A DNA stretch of 64,000 nt, taken from assembly GCA_965267575.1 (NCBI GenBank), contig OZ254086.1, positions 2,656,001-2,720,000 on the forward strand. Reading direction: 5' to 3'. This DNA is from Calditrichales bacterium. Lineage in GTDB: Bacteria; Calditrichota; Calditrichia; Calditrichales; J004. Of this stretch, positions 1-10,867 are shown in pieces. The notes under the pieces are model-generated. The model saw only the letters and a list, made by a program, of their open reading frames with translations. It ran no database searches and had not been told where the DNA came from. The translations under genes were made by a program, and so were the position numbers. Numbering within the stretch: position 1 is the stretch's first letter; every line of letters starts with the position of its first letter.

Positions 1-5
1 CAGAG

Positions 6-1757
6 ATGAAGAAAGAGGGCATTCGCGCCTGGATTGTGCCGAGCACCGATGCCCATCAAAGCGAATACGTGCCGGCCCTGTGGCAACGACGGCCGTGGAT
101 AAGCGGCTTTACGGGCTCTGCCGGCGATGTAATCGTAACAACCGACAAAGCGGCGTTGTGGACAGACGGACGCTATTTTGCCCAGGCTGAACAGGAGTTG
201 GCCGGCAGCGGTATTGAGCTGATGCGGATCGCTGAAAAAAGCACGCCTACGCAGCAGGCCTTTTTACGCGAAGTTCTGAAAGAAGGCGAAAGCGTCGCTA
301 TTGATCCCAAGACGCTGAGCCACAGCCAGGCCCGGAGCCTGCTAAAAGACCTGCAGCAGGCCGGACTCAAAGTTAAGTTCATTGAACAGAACCTGGTGGA
401 CCGCGTCTGGAAGGATCAGCCGGCCATGCCCTCCGATCCGCTGCGTGTTCATCCAAAGAAATACGCCGGCGAAAGCCATAAGGACAAGCTTAAAAGGGTG
501 CGGGCGGAAATGGACAAGCATGGCGCCGATGCCCACGTTATCACCATGCTGGATGCTATCGCCTGGCTGTTTAACCTGCGTGGCAGCGATGTTGAATTCA
601 ATCCCGTTTTCATTGCTTATGCCATCGTGGATAAGAAGAACGCCTACCTCTTTGTACGCGAAGACAAGCTGAATGATAAAGTGCGCAAACACCTTGGAGA
701 AGAAGTTCAGGTTTACGATTACGGTGCGTTCAAGCTGCATCTCCAGCAGATTGCGCAGACCTGTTCCGCTTTTATGGTGGATGCGTCGGCCACCAACCAC
801 TGGATCGTTTCCCTGATCGAAAAATCCTGCCGTGTGATCGATGCGCCGAGCCCGGTGACCAAATTCAAAGCCATCAAAAATAAAAAAGAGCTGGACGGCT
901 TGCGTGCCTGCCATGTGCGTGATGGTGTGGCCATGGTGCAGTTTCTGCACTGGCTGGAACCGGCTGTTAAAAAAGGCGGGGTAACGGAGCTTTCAGCCGC
1001 GCAAAAACTGGAACAATTCCGCGCCCGGCAGGAGATGTTCATCGGCCCCAGTTTTAACACAATCTCCAGCTATAAGATACACGGTGGCATTATCCACTAT
1101 GCGGTGAGCGCGGAGAGCGATATTCCGTTGCAGCCGGAGAGCATTTACCTGATTGACAGCGGCGGCCAGTACGAAAACGGCACGACGGACATCACGCGGA
1201 CGGTGGCGCTGGGCAAGCCTTCAAAAAAGCAGAAAGAGCAGTTTACGCGCGTCTTGATGGGTCATATCGATCTGGAGCTGACCTCGTTCCCGGAGGGCAC
1301 TACAGGTCCTGCGCTGGATACGATCACCCGGCGCCATCTGTGGCAGGTTGGGCTTAATTTCAAGCATGGAACGGGGCACGGCATCGGAGCGGCCCTGTGT
1401 GTACACGAAGGCCCGGCATCGATTAACCCTTCTAAAGGTCATGGTGTGGCTGTTGAAGCGGGCATGGTATTTTCCAATGAGCCAGGCTACTACGAAGACG
1501 GACAGTACGGCATCAGGACGGAAAACCTGATCATCGTGAACGAAGATAAGAAAAACTCATCGGATGCCTTCAAATTTTTGTGTTTTGAAAATATTACGAT
1601 GTGCCCGATAGATCTGCGGTTGGTGGACAAGGATCTGCTAAAGAAAAAGCACGTCCGCTGGCTTAATGCATATCACAGGGAGGTACGTGAGAAGCTTTCG
1701 CCGCACCTTTCCGGGGAAGAAAAAAAGTGGCTTAAGGAAGCGACTAAAGCAATCTGA
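6..1757 (+). CDS. Xaa-Pro aminopeptidase (aminopeptidase P, M24 family); true start may lie upstream of the window
   Basis: Motifs DAHQSEY, DSGGQY..GTTDITRT, HGTGHGIG...VHEGP, SNEPGYY...GIRTEN. Confidence 0.92.
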   Translation: MKKEGIRAWIVPSTDAHQSEYVPALWQRRPWISGFTGSAGDVIVTTDKAALWTDGRYFAQAEQELAGSGIELMRIAEKSTPTQQAFLREVLKEGESVAIDPKTLSHSQARSLLKDLQQAGLKVKFIEQNLVDRVWKDQPAMPSDPLRVHPKKYAGESHKDKLKRVRAEMDKHGADAHVITMLDAIAWLFNLRGSDVEFNPVFIAYAIVDKKNAYLFVREDKLNDKVRKHLGEEVQVYDYGAFKLHLQQIAQTCSAFMVDASATNHWIVSLIEKSCRVIDAPSPVTKFKAIKNKKELDGLRACHVRDGVAMVQFLHWLEPAVKKGGVTELSAAQKLEQFRARQEMFIGPSFNTISSYKIHGGIIHYAVSAESDIPLQPESIYLIDSGGQYENGTTDITRTVALGKPSKKQKEQFTRVLMGHIDLELTSFPEGTTGPALDTITRRHLWQVGLNFKHGTGHGIGAALCVHEGPASINPSKGHGVAVEAGMVFSNEPGYYEDGQYGIRTENLIIVNEDKKNSSDAFKFLCFENITMCPIDLRLVDKDLLKKKHVRWLNAYHREVREKLSPHLSGEEKKWLKEATKAI

Positions 1758-1765
1758 AAATAAAA

Positions 1766-1791
1766 AAAGGCGGCCCGTTCGAGCCGCCTTT
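1766..1791. terminator. Probable bidirectional rho-independent terminator between convergent genes
   Basis: AAAGGCGGC-ccgttcga-GCCGCCTTT hairpin flanked by A and T runs. Confidence 0.75.
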
Positions 1792-1817
1792 GTCGCATTA
1801 ATTAACTTTTACAAAAA

Positions 1818-2174
1818 TCAGTTTACGCCCAAAACTTCGCGCATGGCTTGTTTCAGGTTATCCTTGGGCAGGGCGCCCATGGCCATTTGCGGCTTGTCGC
1901 CAACCGGCACGAACAGCATGGAAGGGATGCTCTGAATACCGAAAACAGCAGCCAGTTCCTGCTCCTGCTCGGTGTCCACTTTGTAAATATCTACCTTGCC
2001 GGCATACTCTTCGCTCAGCTCTTCCAGGATCGGCGCCACCATTTTACAGGGACCGCACCAATCGGCGTAAAAATCGATAATGCAAGGTTTGTCGCCCTCA
2101 AATTTCCATTCCTTGTTTTCTTCATAGTTGAATACTTTTTCAAGGAAATCCTGTTTTGTCAAATTCTGCGTCAT
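1818..2174 (-). CDS. trxA: Thioredoxin
   Basis: DFYADWCGPCK motif; start placed at MTQNL, which follows a GGAGG RBS. Confidence 0.92.
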   Translation of the reverse strand: MTQNLTKQDFLEKVFNYEENKEWKFEGDKPCIIDFYADWCGPCKMVAPILEELSEEYAGKVDIYKVDTEQEQELAAVFGIQSIPSMLFVPVGDKPQMAMGALPKDNLKQAMREVLGVN

Positions 2175-2460
2175 TGTTCCTCCGCGTGTTAATGTTTTGC
2201 AAATTAAGATGAAACGGGCGTGAAAAAGGTTACAAAGTGCTGCCGGTTGCACTTGTTGTTGTGCTTTATTGCTGCCGTAAGTTAAATAATTATAACATAT
2301 TGTGATTGTTTCAAAGGTTTGTTGAAATCTCCGCCAAAAGCACTAATTTTGGGTCGGACGAAATTTTTTGGAACACATATGGCTTTCCGTGCACTTAAAT
2401 GTGTGCTTGTCTGAATGGATTTATTTAGTATATTTAACCTTGTACGATTTGGATTATCTA

Positions 2461-2856
2461 ATGAACACAACTTTTAAACGTCTGGTATCGATCAAGCTGA
2501 TGGTGGCGTTTCTGCTGCCCGTCGCCGCGACATTCGCGCTGGCCCTGCCCACCTCCGTCGCGGACGATGAGCACGCCTGCTGCCAGACTGAAAAAGTGCC
2601 CGAAAAGAAAAGCTGTTCCACGCTGCACGCCAGCGCCAACGGCACCTGCCCCTGCCCCGATATGCAAGAACAGGGTGAAGCAACGCCCGTTGAAATTGCC
2701 GTGCCCGTACAACAATCTGCCTTTACCTTTTTTAACGCCGGTGCTGCCGCAAAAATCATTTTCTTTGATGCGCCTTTGCGGCAATCCTTCAACAACACAA
2801 CACTGATATTATCTTCCCAAAAGCGCTACCTTAAGCTGCAATCCTTCCTGATCTGA
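2461..2856 (+). CDS. Small Cys-rich exported protein/leader ORF upstream of the metal efflux operon
   Basis: Hydrophobic N-terminus, HACC, CPC, C-terminal ...RYLKLQSFLI; start uncertain. Confidence 0.6.
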   Translation: MNTTFKRLVSIKLMVAFLLPVAATFALALPTSVADDEHACCQTEKVPEKKSCSTLHASANGTCPCPDMQEQGEATPVEIAVPVQQSAFTFFNAGAAAKIIFFDAPLRQSFNNTTLILSSQKRYLKLQSFLI

Positions 2857-2943
2857 TCTCCGCGGGAGACGTACGCCCTTCCGGCGTGCATAAGTGACCG
2901 TAACCGGTCTGAGCTATTTCCCAATTGACACGGAGACCATTCC

Positions 2944-4206
2944 ATGAACAAACACTTTTTATGGATCATGCTGCTTTTTGCCGCAGCCCTGCCCGCTGAT
3001 GAAAACGCCTGGCAGGAACTGGCGCAGGAAGCATTGCAAAATAACACAGACATACAGGCGGCCTATGAACGCTACCGTGCTGCCACTCAAGATCCGCAAA
3101 TAGCCGGGCAATACCCCGACCCGCAGCTGATGTGGACGCACTGGCTGGAGCCTGTCGAAACGCGGCTGGGCCCGCAGGAAAACGTGCTGAATCTGACGCA
3201 GCGTGTGCCTTTCCCCGGCAAGCTTTCGGCGCGCGAGCAACAGGCAGCCGGCGCGGCTGAAGCTTCCCTGCAAAATCTGCTGAAGACCAAACGCGACGTG
3301 CTGGCAAAACTCAAAACCCTGGTTTGGGAACTTAACCGCGTGCAAGAGTCGATCGCTGTGCTGGAAGAATTTAAGATGCACTTCAAGCCGTTCGCTTCTT
3401 CCGTGAGCGCCTCTTACAGGAGTGGCCGCACATCTCAGGCACGGCTGCTGCAAATCCACGTGGAAGAGCAGCTGTTTGATACAAAGATCGCTCTGCTCGT
3501 TAATGAAAAGAGCGCGTTGACCGCGAAAATAAACGCCCTGCTCAACAGACCGGCGGATGCTACGCTGGCAAAAGGCCTCACACCCACCCGTATCGACAGT
3601 CTTGAAAACAGCGATTTCTGGCTGGCCCGTGCCGACAGCCTGCGCCAGGAACAGCGCATGCTGCAGGCCAATATTTCTCAAACGGAATACAAGGTTAAAG
3701 AAGCGCGCCGCAACTACTGGCCCGACTTCATGATCGGGGCGACATGGGCGCAGATTGGCGAGAGCGTGATGCCCAACCCGGAATCCGGACGTGACGCGCT
3801 GGCGATCAATGCCGGTATCTCCATTCCCCTGTGGCAGGCGCCGCGTGACGCATCTGTAGAAAAAGCGCTGCGCAGCGGAAGTGCCTATCAAAGCTCTTTG
3901 AGCGGGGACAAGACCATGGTGGCCGGCCAGATCCGTGATCTGCTGTTCCGCTTTCGCACCTTAAAAGAGCAGGTGCAGCTTTACACGGAGCAACTGGTGC
4001 CGCAAAGCCGCGAATCGCTGACATCACAGATGCTGGGCTATGAAAGTGGCCAGATCAGTTTTGTGGAAATGATGCAAAGTCACCAACTGTGGCACCGCAT
4101 GGAGCTGGAGCGCATCCGGCTGATGACGGAGCAGCAAAAAGTAGCCGTGGAGTTGGAACGCCTGACCGGTGGCGACCCGCGGCTTATTAACATGAACGGA
4201 GAGTAG
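2944..4206 (+). CDS. TolC/CusC-type outer membrane efflux protein
   Basis: Signal peptide, OEP-like helical repeats (PFPGKL, ISIPLW, YESG..SF), first gene before cusB- and cusA-like genes. Confidence 0.85.
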   Translation: MNKHFLWIMLLFAAALPADENAWQELAQEALQNNTDIQAAYERYRAATQDPQIAGQYPDPQLMWTHWLEPVETRLGPQENVLNLTQRVPFPGKLSAREQQAAGAAEASLQNLLKTKRDVLAKLKTLVWELNRVQESIAVLEEFKMHFKPFASSVSASYRSGRTSQARLLQIHVEEQLFDTKIALLVNEKSALTAKINALLNRPADATLAKGLTPTRIDSLENSDFWLARADSLRQEQRMLQANISQTEYKVKEARRNYWPDFMIGATWAQIGESVMPNPESGRDALAINAGISIPLWQAPRDASVEKALRSGSAYQSSLSGDKTMVAGQIRDLLFRFRTLKEQVQLYTEQLVPQSRESLTSQMLGYESGQISFVEMMQSHQLWHRMELERIRLMTEQQKVAVELERLTGGDPRLINMNGE

Positions 4207-4210
4207 TAAA

Positions 4211-5857
4211 ATGAAAAACATCATTATCGTATTAACGGCCGGATTGCTTTTGGGGCTGGGCGCGGGCTATATCTTTTTCTATGAGGGCAGCGACAGCCAT
4301 GAGCATACAGCCGGCGAAGAAAAAACCCTCTATTCCTGCGGCATGCATCCCGAGGTGATCAGTGAAGAGCCGGGGAATTGTCCAATCTGCGGGATGAAGC
4401 TGACGCCGCTGAAAGATAACAAGCAACAGGCCTCCGGTGAGCGCGAAATCCTCTACTGGCAGGCGCCGATGGACCCGACCGAGATTTACGACGAACCGGG
4501 TAAGTCCAAAATGGGCATGGACCTGGTACCTGTCTACGCTGACGAAGCCGGCGGCGGTGCAGGGCTCATTACCATCGACGGGCGCGTGCGGCAAAATATG
4601 AATCTGCGCACGGCACCGGTTGTGCAGCGGAGAATGGAAAAAACGCTGCGCCTGTTTGGCCAGGTGGTGGCGCCGGAAGACCGCGTCTTCACCATCACCA
4701 GTAAGGTGAACGGCTGGGTGGAAAAACTGCATGTGAACAAAAGCGGCGTCTGGGTAAAACAGGATCAGCCGCTGATGGAAATCTATTCGCCGGAGCTGCT
4801 GACAACGCAGCAGGAACTGGTCAACGCCTCGCGTATGGCGCGCAACGAAAGCAACCTGATGCTGGTGGAAAGCGCCGAACGCCGCCTGCGTCTTTGGGGT
4901 GTTTCAAACACGGAGATTAACAAGTTAAAAGAGACCGGCGAGGTACGCGAAACGCTGTTGATTCGGGCTCCCTACAGCGGCTATGTAACCAAAAAAATGG
5001 TCAATGTAGGCGACCGTGTCAGTGCCGGTATGGGTACCTTGTTCGAGATCAGCGATCTCTCGCAGGTATGGCTGGAAGCCACGGTGTATGAAAACGACCT
5101 GCCCTATGTGAAGGAAGGTCAGATGGCCCGCGTCAGCGCAGACTACCTGCCGGACTTTGAACGCCAGGCACGGCTGGATTTTATTTACCCTTACCTCGAT
5201 CCCGCGTCGCGCTCCGGCACGGTGCGCTTTGTGGTGGACAATCCAAAAAACACGCTGAAGCCGGGTATGTTTGTAAATACGCATTTGACCATCCCGTTGA
5301 ATGAGCAGAGCCTGGCCGTGCCATCGGAAAGTGTTATACACAGCGGCGCGCGGAGGATTGTATTTGTGGAGGTGCAGGAAGGCGCTTTTGAACCGCGTGA
5401 AATCCGCATAGGCGTAAAAACCGCCGACGGCTGGACCGAAGTACGTAGCGGCCTGCGTCCCGGTGAGATGGTGGTAACTTCCGGCCAGTTCCTGCTGGAT
5501 TCGGAAAGCCAGACCCGCGAGGCCATTGCCAAGATGCGCTCGGCGTCGATGCAATCGGATGTTGACGAGGAGATGGGTGACATGGCGAAAGAAGGGGATC
5601 ATGAGCAGGATCAAGATCATGATCATGCGTATTACGCCTGTCCGATGCATCCGGATTTTATTACCAGTGATCCCGATGGGCGCTGCCCGGAATGCGGTAT
5701 GAAGCTTTCGCCCCTCAGTGAAGTGACCGGGGCCGATACGAGCGCCGTTGATTTTTATACCTGCCCGATGCACCCCGAGTTTGTAACGACCGATCCCGAA
5801 GGCCGCTGCTCCATTTGTGAAATGAAGCTGGTGCCGCAGGATCAAGGGGGGCAGTAA
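4211..5857 (+). CDS. cusB: CusB-type RND periplasmic adaptor with three heavy-metal-binding (CxMHP...CPxCxMKL) domains
   Basis: YWQAPMDP...PGKSKMGMDLVP, IYSPEL, GQFLLDSES, repeated YxCPMHP motifs. Confidence 0.88.
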   Translation: MKNIIIVLTAGLLLGLGAGYIFFYEGSDSHEHTAGEEKTLYSCGMHPEVISEEPGNCPICGMKLTPLKDNKQQASGEREILYWQAPMDPTEIYDEPGKSKMGMDLVPVYADEAGGGAGLITIDGRVRQNMNLRTAPVVQRRMEKTLRLFGQVVAPEDRVFTITSKVNGWVEKLHVNKSGVWVKQDQPLMEIYSPELLTTQQELVNASRMARNESNLMLVESAERRLRLWGVSNTEINKLKETGEVRETLLIRAPYSGYVTKKMVNVGDRVSAGMGTLFEISDLSQVWLEATVYENDLPYVKEGQMARVSADYLPDFERQARLDFIYPYLDPASRSGTVRFVVDNPKNTLKPGMFVNTHLTIPLNEQSLAVPSESVIHSGARRIVFVEVQEGAFEPREIRIGVKTADGWTEVRSGLRPGEMVVTSGQFLLDSESQTREAIAKMRSASMQSDVDEEMGDMAKEGDHEQDQDHDHAYYACPMHPDFITSDPDGRCPECGMKLSPLSEVTGADTSAVDFYTCPMHPEFVTTDPEGRCSICEMKLVPQDQGGQ

Positions 5858-8800
5858 TGATAGAACGTATCATTGAATGGTCGGTGAATAACCGTACGCT
5901 GGTCATTGTCGGCGCCGTTTTTTTGGTGGTTGCCGGCATCTGGGCCATCCGTAACACGGCGGTCGACGCCATTCCCGACCTTTCCGACGTGCAGGTCATC
6001 GTGATGACCGAATACTCCGGGCAGGGGCCGCAGGTTGTGGAAGAGCAGGTCACTTACCCGCTGACAACCGCCATGCTCTCCGTGCCCTATGCCAAGGATG
6101 TGCGTGGCTACTCCTTTTTTGGCTTTTCGCTGGTCTACATCATCTTTGAAGACGGCACCGACTTGTATTGGGCGCGCAGCCGTGTCCTGGAATATCTCAA
6201 CTTTGCCGCCAACCGCCTGCCGCAGGGGGTAACGCCGCAGCTCGGCCCGGATGCCACCGGCGTGGGTTGGGTGTATGAGTACGTGCTCGACGGCGGCGAT
6301 GAAGTTGATCTGCAACAACTGCGATCGATACAGGATTGGTATTTACGCTACGAACTGGCCAGTTTGCCCGGTGTCTCCGAAGTGGCCTCCATTGGCGGCT
6401 TTGTGAAGCAGTACCAGGTCAATGTCGACCCGCTAAAACTGCAGGCTTACAATCTCTCCATACAGCAGGTGCGTCACGCCATACAACGCAGCAATAAAGA
6501 CGTGGGTGGACGCTTATTGGAAATGGGTGAGACCGAGTACATGGTGCGCGGCCTGGGTTATATCCGTAACGTGGCAGACCTGGAGAACACGCCGGTGGCT
6601 ATGGGTCCGGATAACAGCCCGATATTGTTGCGCGACATCGCCCATGTGAATATTGGACCGGAGTTGCGTCGTGGCATTGCCGAGTGGAACGGCCAGGGCG
6701 AAACGGTGGGCGGCATCATCATCATGCGCTATGGTGAAAACGCCCTTGAAGTGATCGACCGGGTAAAGCAGAAGCTGGAAGAACTGAAAGTGGGTCTGCC
6801 CGAAGGCGTCACCATCAAAACCGCTTACGATCGCTCCACGCTGATTGAGCGCGCCATTGACAATTTGCAGGGCAAGCTGCTTGAAGAAAGTCTGATTGTA
6901 GCATTGGTGATTATCGTTTTCTTGCTGCATCTGCGCAGTTCGCTGGTGGCGATTGTGGTGCTGCCGTTGGGTGTTTTGGCCTCTTTCCTGGTTATGAAAA
7001 TGCAGGGGCTGAACGCCAACATCATGTCGTTAGGCGGTATCGCTATTGCCATCGGCGCCATGGTTGATGCCGTGATCGTGATGATCGAGAATGCCCACAA
7101 ACATCTGGAAGGTCGCACGCTAAACGGCAAAGAGCGCTGGGACGTGGTTTTGAAAGCATCACGCGAAGTGGGTCCGGCCTTGTTTTATTCGTTGCTGATC
7201 ATCACGCTCTCTTTTCTGCCGGTGTTTACGCTGGGCCAGCAGGAAGGCCGCATGTTTAAGCCGCTGGCATTTACAAAGACCTATGCCATGGCTGCGTCGG
7301 CGATCCTTGCCATAACCATTGTTCCGGTGCTGATGGGCTATTTTATCCGCGGTAAAATTCACAGCGAAGAGAAGCATCCCCTTAGTCGAATCCTTATTCG
7401 CATTTACCGCCCGATTATCAATTGGGTGCTGCGCTTTAAGTGGACGACGATCATAACCGCGTTTGTGATCCTGCTGTTGACGATAATACCTTACCGCCAG
7501 CTGGGTTCGGAATTTATGCCGCCGCTGGATGAAGGCGATCTGCTGTATATGCCAACCACATTGCCGGGGATTTCGATCACCAAGGCCAAAGAGCTGCTGC
7601 AGCAAACCGACCGCATTATTGCTGAATTTCCGGAAGTGGAAAGTGTCTTCGGCAAAATTGGTCGTGCGGAAACAGCCACTGACCCCGCGCCGCTGACGAT
7701 GATTGAAACCACCATCCGCCTGAAGGATAGATCGGAATGGCGCGAGGGCATGACTATGGAGAAGCTGACCGAGGAGCTAAACAACGCCGTGCAGTTTCCC
7801 GGTTTGACCAACGCCTGGACCATGCCCATTAAAACACGCATCGATATGCTGAGTACGGGGATCAAGACGCCCGTGGGTGTGAAACTGATGGGCGAGGACC
7901 TGCAGACGCTAAGCGAACTGGGTCAGAGGATAGAAGCGGTTTTGCGCGAAGTGCCGGGTACGGCCAGCGTGATTGCCGAACGGGTGACCGGTGGTAACTA
8001 TATTGATTTCCAGATCGACCGTGTGGCGGCGGCGCGCTACGGCCTCACCGTCGGTGATGTGCAGGACGTAATCATGTCTGCTATCGGCGGCATGAACGTG
8101 ACCACGACCGTGGAAGGCCTGGAGCGTTACCCGGTCAATGTGCGTTACAGCCGCGAGTTCCGCGACAACCTGCCGGCGCTGCGCGAAGTGCGCATCAAGA
8201 CACCGACAGGGGCTCACATTCCGTTGGAGCAGGTGGCCACGCTGGAAATTAAAAAAGGTCCGGCAGCCATAAAAAGTGAAAACGCGCGCCGTACTGCCTG
8301 GCTTTACGTGGACCTGACCACTGATGATGTGGGCGGTTACGTGGAAGAAGCCCGCCGCATAGTGGCCGAGCAGATTGACTTTCCGGCAGGCTACAGCATC
8401 GTTTGGAGCGGGCAATACGAATACATGCAGCGCGCCAAGGAACGGCTCAGTGTGGTAATTCCTCTGACACTGGTGATCATTTTCCTGCTGCTTTACTTCA
8501 ACTTTAAGAATTTCACAGAAAGCCTGATCATCATGCTATCGCTGCCTTTTGCGCTGGTAGGGGGCATCTGGCTGATGTTTTTCAGCGACTACAACTTTAG
8601 CGTGGCCGTGGCGGTTGGTTTTATTGCCCTCGCCGGAGTGGCGGCCGAAACCGGAGTGGTGATGCTGCTTTATCTGGATAACGCCTTCAAGGATATGAAA
8701 AACAAGGGCATGATGAACAGCGTGGCCGACCTGCGCAAAGCGGTGATTCATGGCGCGGTAGAACGTGTGCGTCCCAAGCTGATGACGGTTTTTACAACTA

Positions 8801-9009
8801 TTTTCGGCCTGCTGCCGATCATGTGGGGAACCGGTACCGGCTCGCAGGTGATGAAACGTATCGCCGCCCCGATGGTGGGTGGCCTAATCAGCTCCACCAT
8901 TTTGACGCTGATCGTTATCCCGGCTATTTACTACATCTGGAAGAGCCGGGCTTTGGCGGGCGGTGTGCACCATGAAGGACATGAAGAGCTTGAAGGAGGA
9001 ATTAAATAG
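5857..9009 (+). CDS. cusA: CusA/SilA-type heavy-metal RND permease
   Basis: DAIPDLSDVQVI, LGPDATGVGWVY, AMVDA.IVM.EN, RPKLMT, MKRIAAPMVGG; 1050 aa. Confidence 0.95.
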   Translation: MIERIIEWSVNNRTLVIVGAVFLVVAGIWAIRNTAVDAIPDLSDVQVIVMTEYSGQGPQVVEEQVTYPLTTAMLSVPYAKDVRGYSFFGFSLVYIIFEDGTDLYWARSRVLEYLNFAANRLPQGVTPQLGPDATGVGWVYEYVLDGGDEVDLQQLRSIQDWYLRYELASLPGVSEVASIGGFVKQYQVNVDPLKLQAYNLSIQQVRHAIQRSNKDVGGRLLEMGETEYMVRGLGYIRNVADLENTPVAMGPDNSPILLRDIAHVNIGPELRRGIAEWNGQGETVGGIIIMRYGENALEVIDRVKQKLEELKVGLPEGVTIKTAYDRSTLIERAIDNLQGKLLEESLIVALVIIVFLLHLRSSLVAIVVLPLGVLASFLVMKMQGLNANIMSLGGIAIAIGAMVDAVIVMIENAHKHLEGRTLNGKERWDVVLKASREVGPALFYSLLIITLSFLPVFTLGQQEGRMFKPLAFTKTYAMAASAILAITIVPVLMGYFIRGKIHSEEKHPLSRILIRIYRPIINWVLRFKWTTIITAFVILLLTIIPYRQLGSEFMPPLDEGDLLYMPTTLPGISITKAKELLQQTDRIIAEFPEVESVFGKIGRAETATDPAPLTMIETTIRLKDRSEWREGMTMEKLTEELNNAVQFPGLTNAWTMPIKTRIDMLSTGIKTPVGVKLMGEDLQTLSELGQRIEAVLREVPGTASVIAERVTGGNYIDFQIDRVAAARYGLTVGDVQDVIMSAIGGMNVTTTVEGLERYPVNVRYSREFRDNLPALREVRIKTPTGAHIPLEQVATLEIKKGPAAIKSENARRTAWLYVDLTTDDVGGYVEEARRIVAEQIDFPAGYSIVWSGQYEYMQRAKERLSVVIPLTLVIIFLLLYFNFKNFTESLIIMLSLPFALVGGIWLMFFSDYNFSVAVAVGFIALAGVAAETGVVMLLYLDNAFKDMKNKGMMNSVADLRKAVIHGAVERVRPKLMTVFTTIFGLLPIMWGTGTGSQVMKRIAAPMVGGLISSTILTLIVIPAIYYIWKSRALAGGVHHEGHEELEGGIK

Positions 9010-9240
9010 TGTCATCTGAAACGGCACGCCGGAGACACGGGGTGTAGGGTGGTTCCGGATTTCTCACCCCTGTCGGGGATTCGAAATGACATTTTTTGGG
9101 CCGAGACTGTCAAAAATCAGCCCCGCTGTCATCTCGAACGGCGTATGCCGGAGAGATCCGGAAGGTATAAGGAGACGTGGGGTTAAACGACAAAGAGTCG
9201 AACCCATCCCCGGCTCTTCCCTTGACCCAAGGGAAGGGTG
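9010..9240. repeat. Composite palindromic repeat (TGTCATCTCGAAC...TTCGAAATGACA unit, half unit, CCCTT..AAGGG hairpin), copy 1
   Basis: Terminal inverted repeats TGTCAT/ATGACA; same module order recurs at 9798-10027. Confidence 0.8.
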
Positions 9241-9392
9241 AACTTTGGGCAGGCAGGCTATATCCACCGGCAAAAATCCCGCAGGGATAAAATTATAGGA
9301 GAATGAATCTAAAAATTCTTTAAACCCCGAAGGGGTGACAAAAGGACAACAAAAATAAATAAACAGAATTCGAACCAAAAGGAGAACAAACC

Positions 9393-9785
9393 ATGAAGAC
9401 TTTATCACTTGCCCTTTTCGCGGCACTACTTATTGCGGCTTGTGGCGGCAAGGAAGAAGCAAAAACCGAAACACAAAAAGCAACGGTGGAGCAATCAACC
9501 GAAGTAAAAAGCAACCTGGAAATGCATGAACATGATGCATCGTTGACGATGCATTCCGACTCGCTTTATGCCTGCCCTATGGACGCGGAATATGTGACCA
9601 GCGACCCCGACGCGCCCTGCGTGCATTGCGGTATGAAGCTGAAAGCAGCCGCTATGGTAAAAACCGACAAGGACATGCAGGCGCAAGCCGCGTATACCTG
9701 TCCGATGCATCCGGAATACGTCACGAGTGAAGCGACCGACCGCTGCCCGCTGTGCGAGATGAAGCTGGAGCCGGTGAAGGGATAG
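9393..9785 (+). CDS. Lipoprotein with two heavy-metal-binding domains
   Basis: Lipobox IAAC, YACPM...CVHCGMKL, YTCPMHP...CPLCEMKL; AGGAG RBS. Confidence 0.85.
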   Translation: MKTLSLALFAALLIAACGGKEEAKTETQKATVEQSTEVKSNLEMHEHDASLTMHSDSLYACPMDAEYVTSDPDAPCVHCGMKLKAAAMVKTDKDMQAQAAYTCPMHPEYVTSEATDRCPLCEMKLEPVKG

Positions 9786-9797
9786 AAACACAGGGGT

Positions 9798-10290
9798 TGT
9801 CATCTCGAACGGCGTATGCCGGAGAGATCTTGGATGCTCAGGAGGATACTGGATTTCTCACCCCATTCGGCGTTCGAAATGACACCTTTTTGTGGGAATG
9901 ATTGAAAAGCACCCACACTGTCTTCTCGAACGCATGTGAGAGATCCGGGAGGTTTAGGGAAATATCGGGTTAGACGGCTGGGAGGCGAACCCATCCCCGG
10001 CCCTTCCCTTGGTCCAAGGGAAGGGAGTGTTGCATTGATTCGCCACCCTAATAGGTGAATCCTGACAAGTGTATAGGTTTAACAACAAACCAGAATAACG
10101 CCGATGTCATCTCGAACGGGCCCGTGAAGGCTGGGAGATACCAGATTTCTCACCCCGTTGGGGGATCGAAATGACATTTTACTGGGAACGACTGAAAAGC
10201 TCCTTGTACTGTCATCTCGAACGGCGCATGCCGGAGAGATCTTGGATGCTCAGGAGGATACTGGATTTCTCACCCCATTCGGGGCTGCGA
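9798..10290. repeat. Cluster of further TGTCATCTCGAAC...ATGACA repeat units (about 9798-9884, 9919-10027, 10105-10176, 10210-10285)
   Basis: Recurrent GTCATCTCGAACGGCG..GCCGGAGAGATC and GATTTCTCACCCC motifs. Confidence 0.8.
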
Positions 10291-10319
10291 GTTGATACAA
10301 AAATATAAAGGTGGTCTAA

Positions 10320-10742
10320 GTGCTTGAAGAATACGGTCTGGCAGGGCTGTTTGCCGTGGCCTTTGCAGCCGCGACCATTTTACCGTTCAGCTCGGAGGGG
10401 GCTGTGGCCGGGGCATTACTGCTGGGCTGGTCTCCGGCGTGGGTGTTGGCGGTAGCCTCGGCGGGTAATTGTCTGGCCACGCTGTTCAACTATGGCCTGG
10501 GCTATTGGGCGGCGGAGCGCTGGCTGCACCCGGAAAAAATGAAACCCTCCACGCGGCGCGCTTTTAACCTGGCCCATAAGTACGGGTCCTGGAGCCTGCT
10601 ACTCTCCTGGCTGCCTCTTATTGGCGACCCAATTACCATTGCCGCCGGTGTGTTGCGCTGGCGGCTTTGGCTTTTTGTGCCGGTTGTTTTTGCGCTGCGC
10701 GTTGCCCGCTACGTGGCCATCGTTTGGGCGCTGATACCGTGA
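10320..10742 (+). CDS. YqaA/DedA (VTT) family membrane protein
   Basis: AATILPFSSE, LLLSWLPLIGDP, R..RY motifs. Confidence 0.88.
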   Translation: MLEEYGLAGLFAVAFAAATILPFSSEGAVAGALLLGWSPAWVLAVASAGNCLATLFNYGLGYWAAERWLHPEKMKPSTRRAFNLAHKYGSWSLLLSWLPLIGDPITIAAGVLRWRLWLFVPVVFALRVARYVAIVWALIP

Positions 10743-10867
10743 AAGTAAATAGGGTTGGTCAAGAAGTCTCGAAGTCGCGGGGTCTGGAAGTCTGGGAAAA
10801 ATAAACCCTTTTCATTTTCATTATCCTAATTATCACCGCCGTGTTTCAAACCCTTGTGTACCGCGAT

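Noticed and set aside
9010..10290. tRNA or other structured RNA genes
   Set aside because: TTCGAA-containing hairpins belong to dispersed inverted-repeat elements; no cloverleaf, anticodon arm or CCA end could be built.
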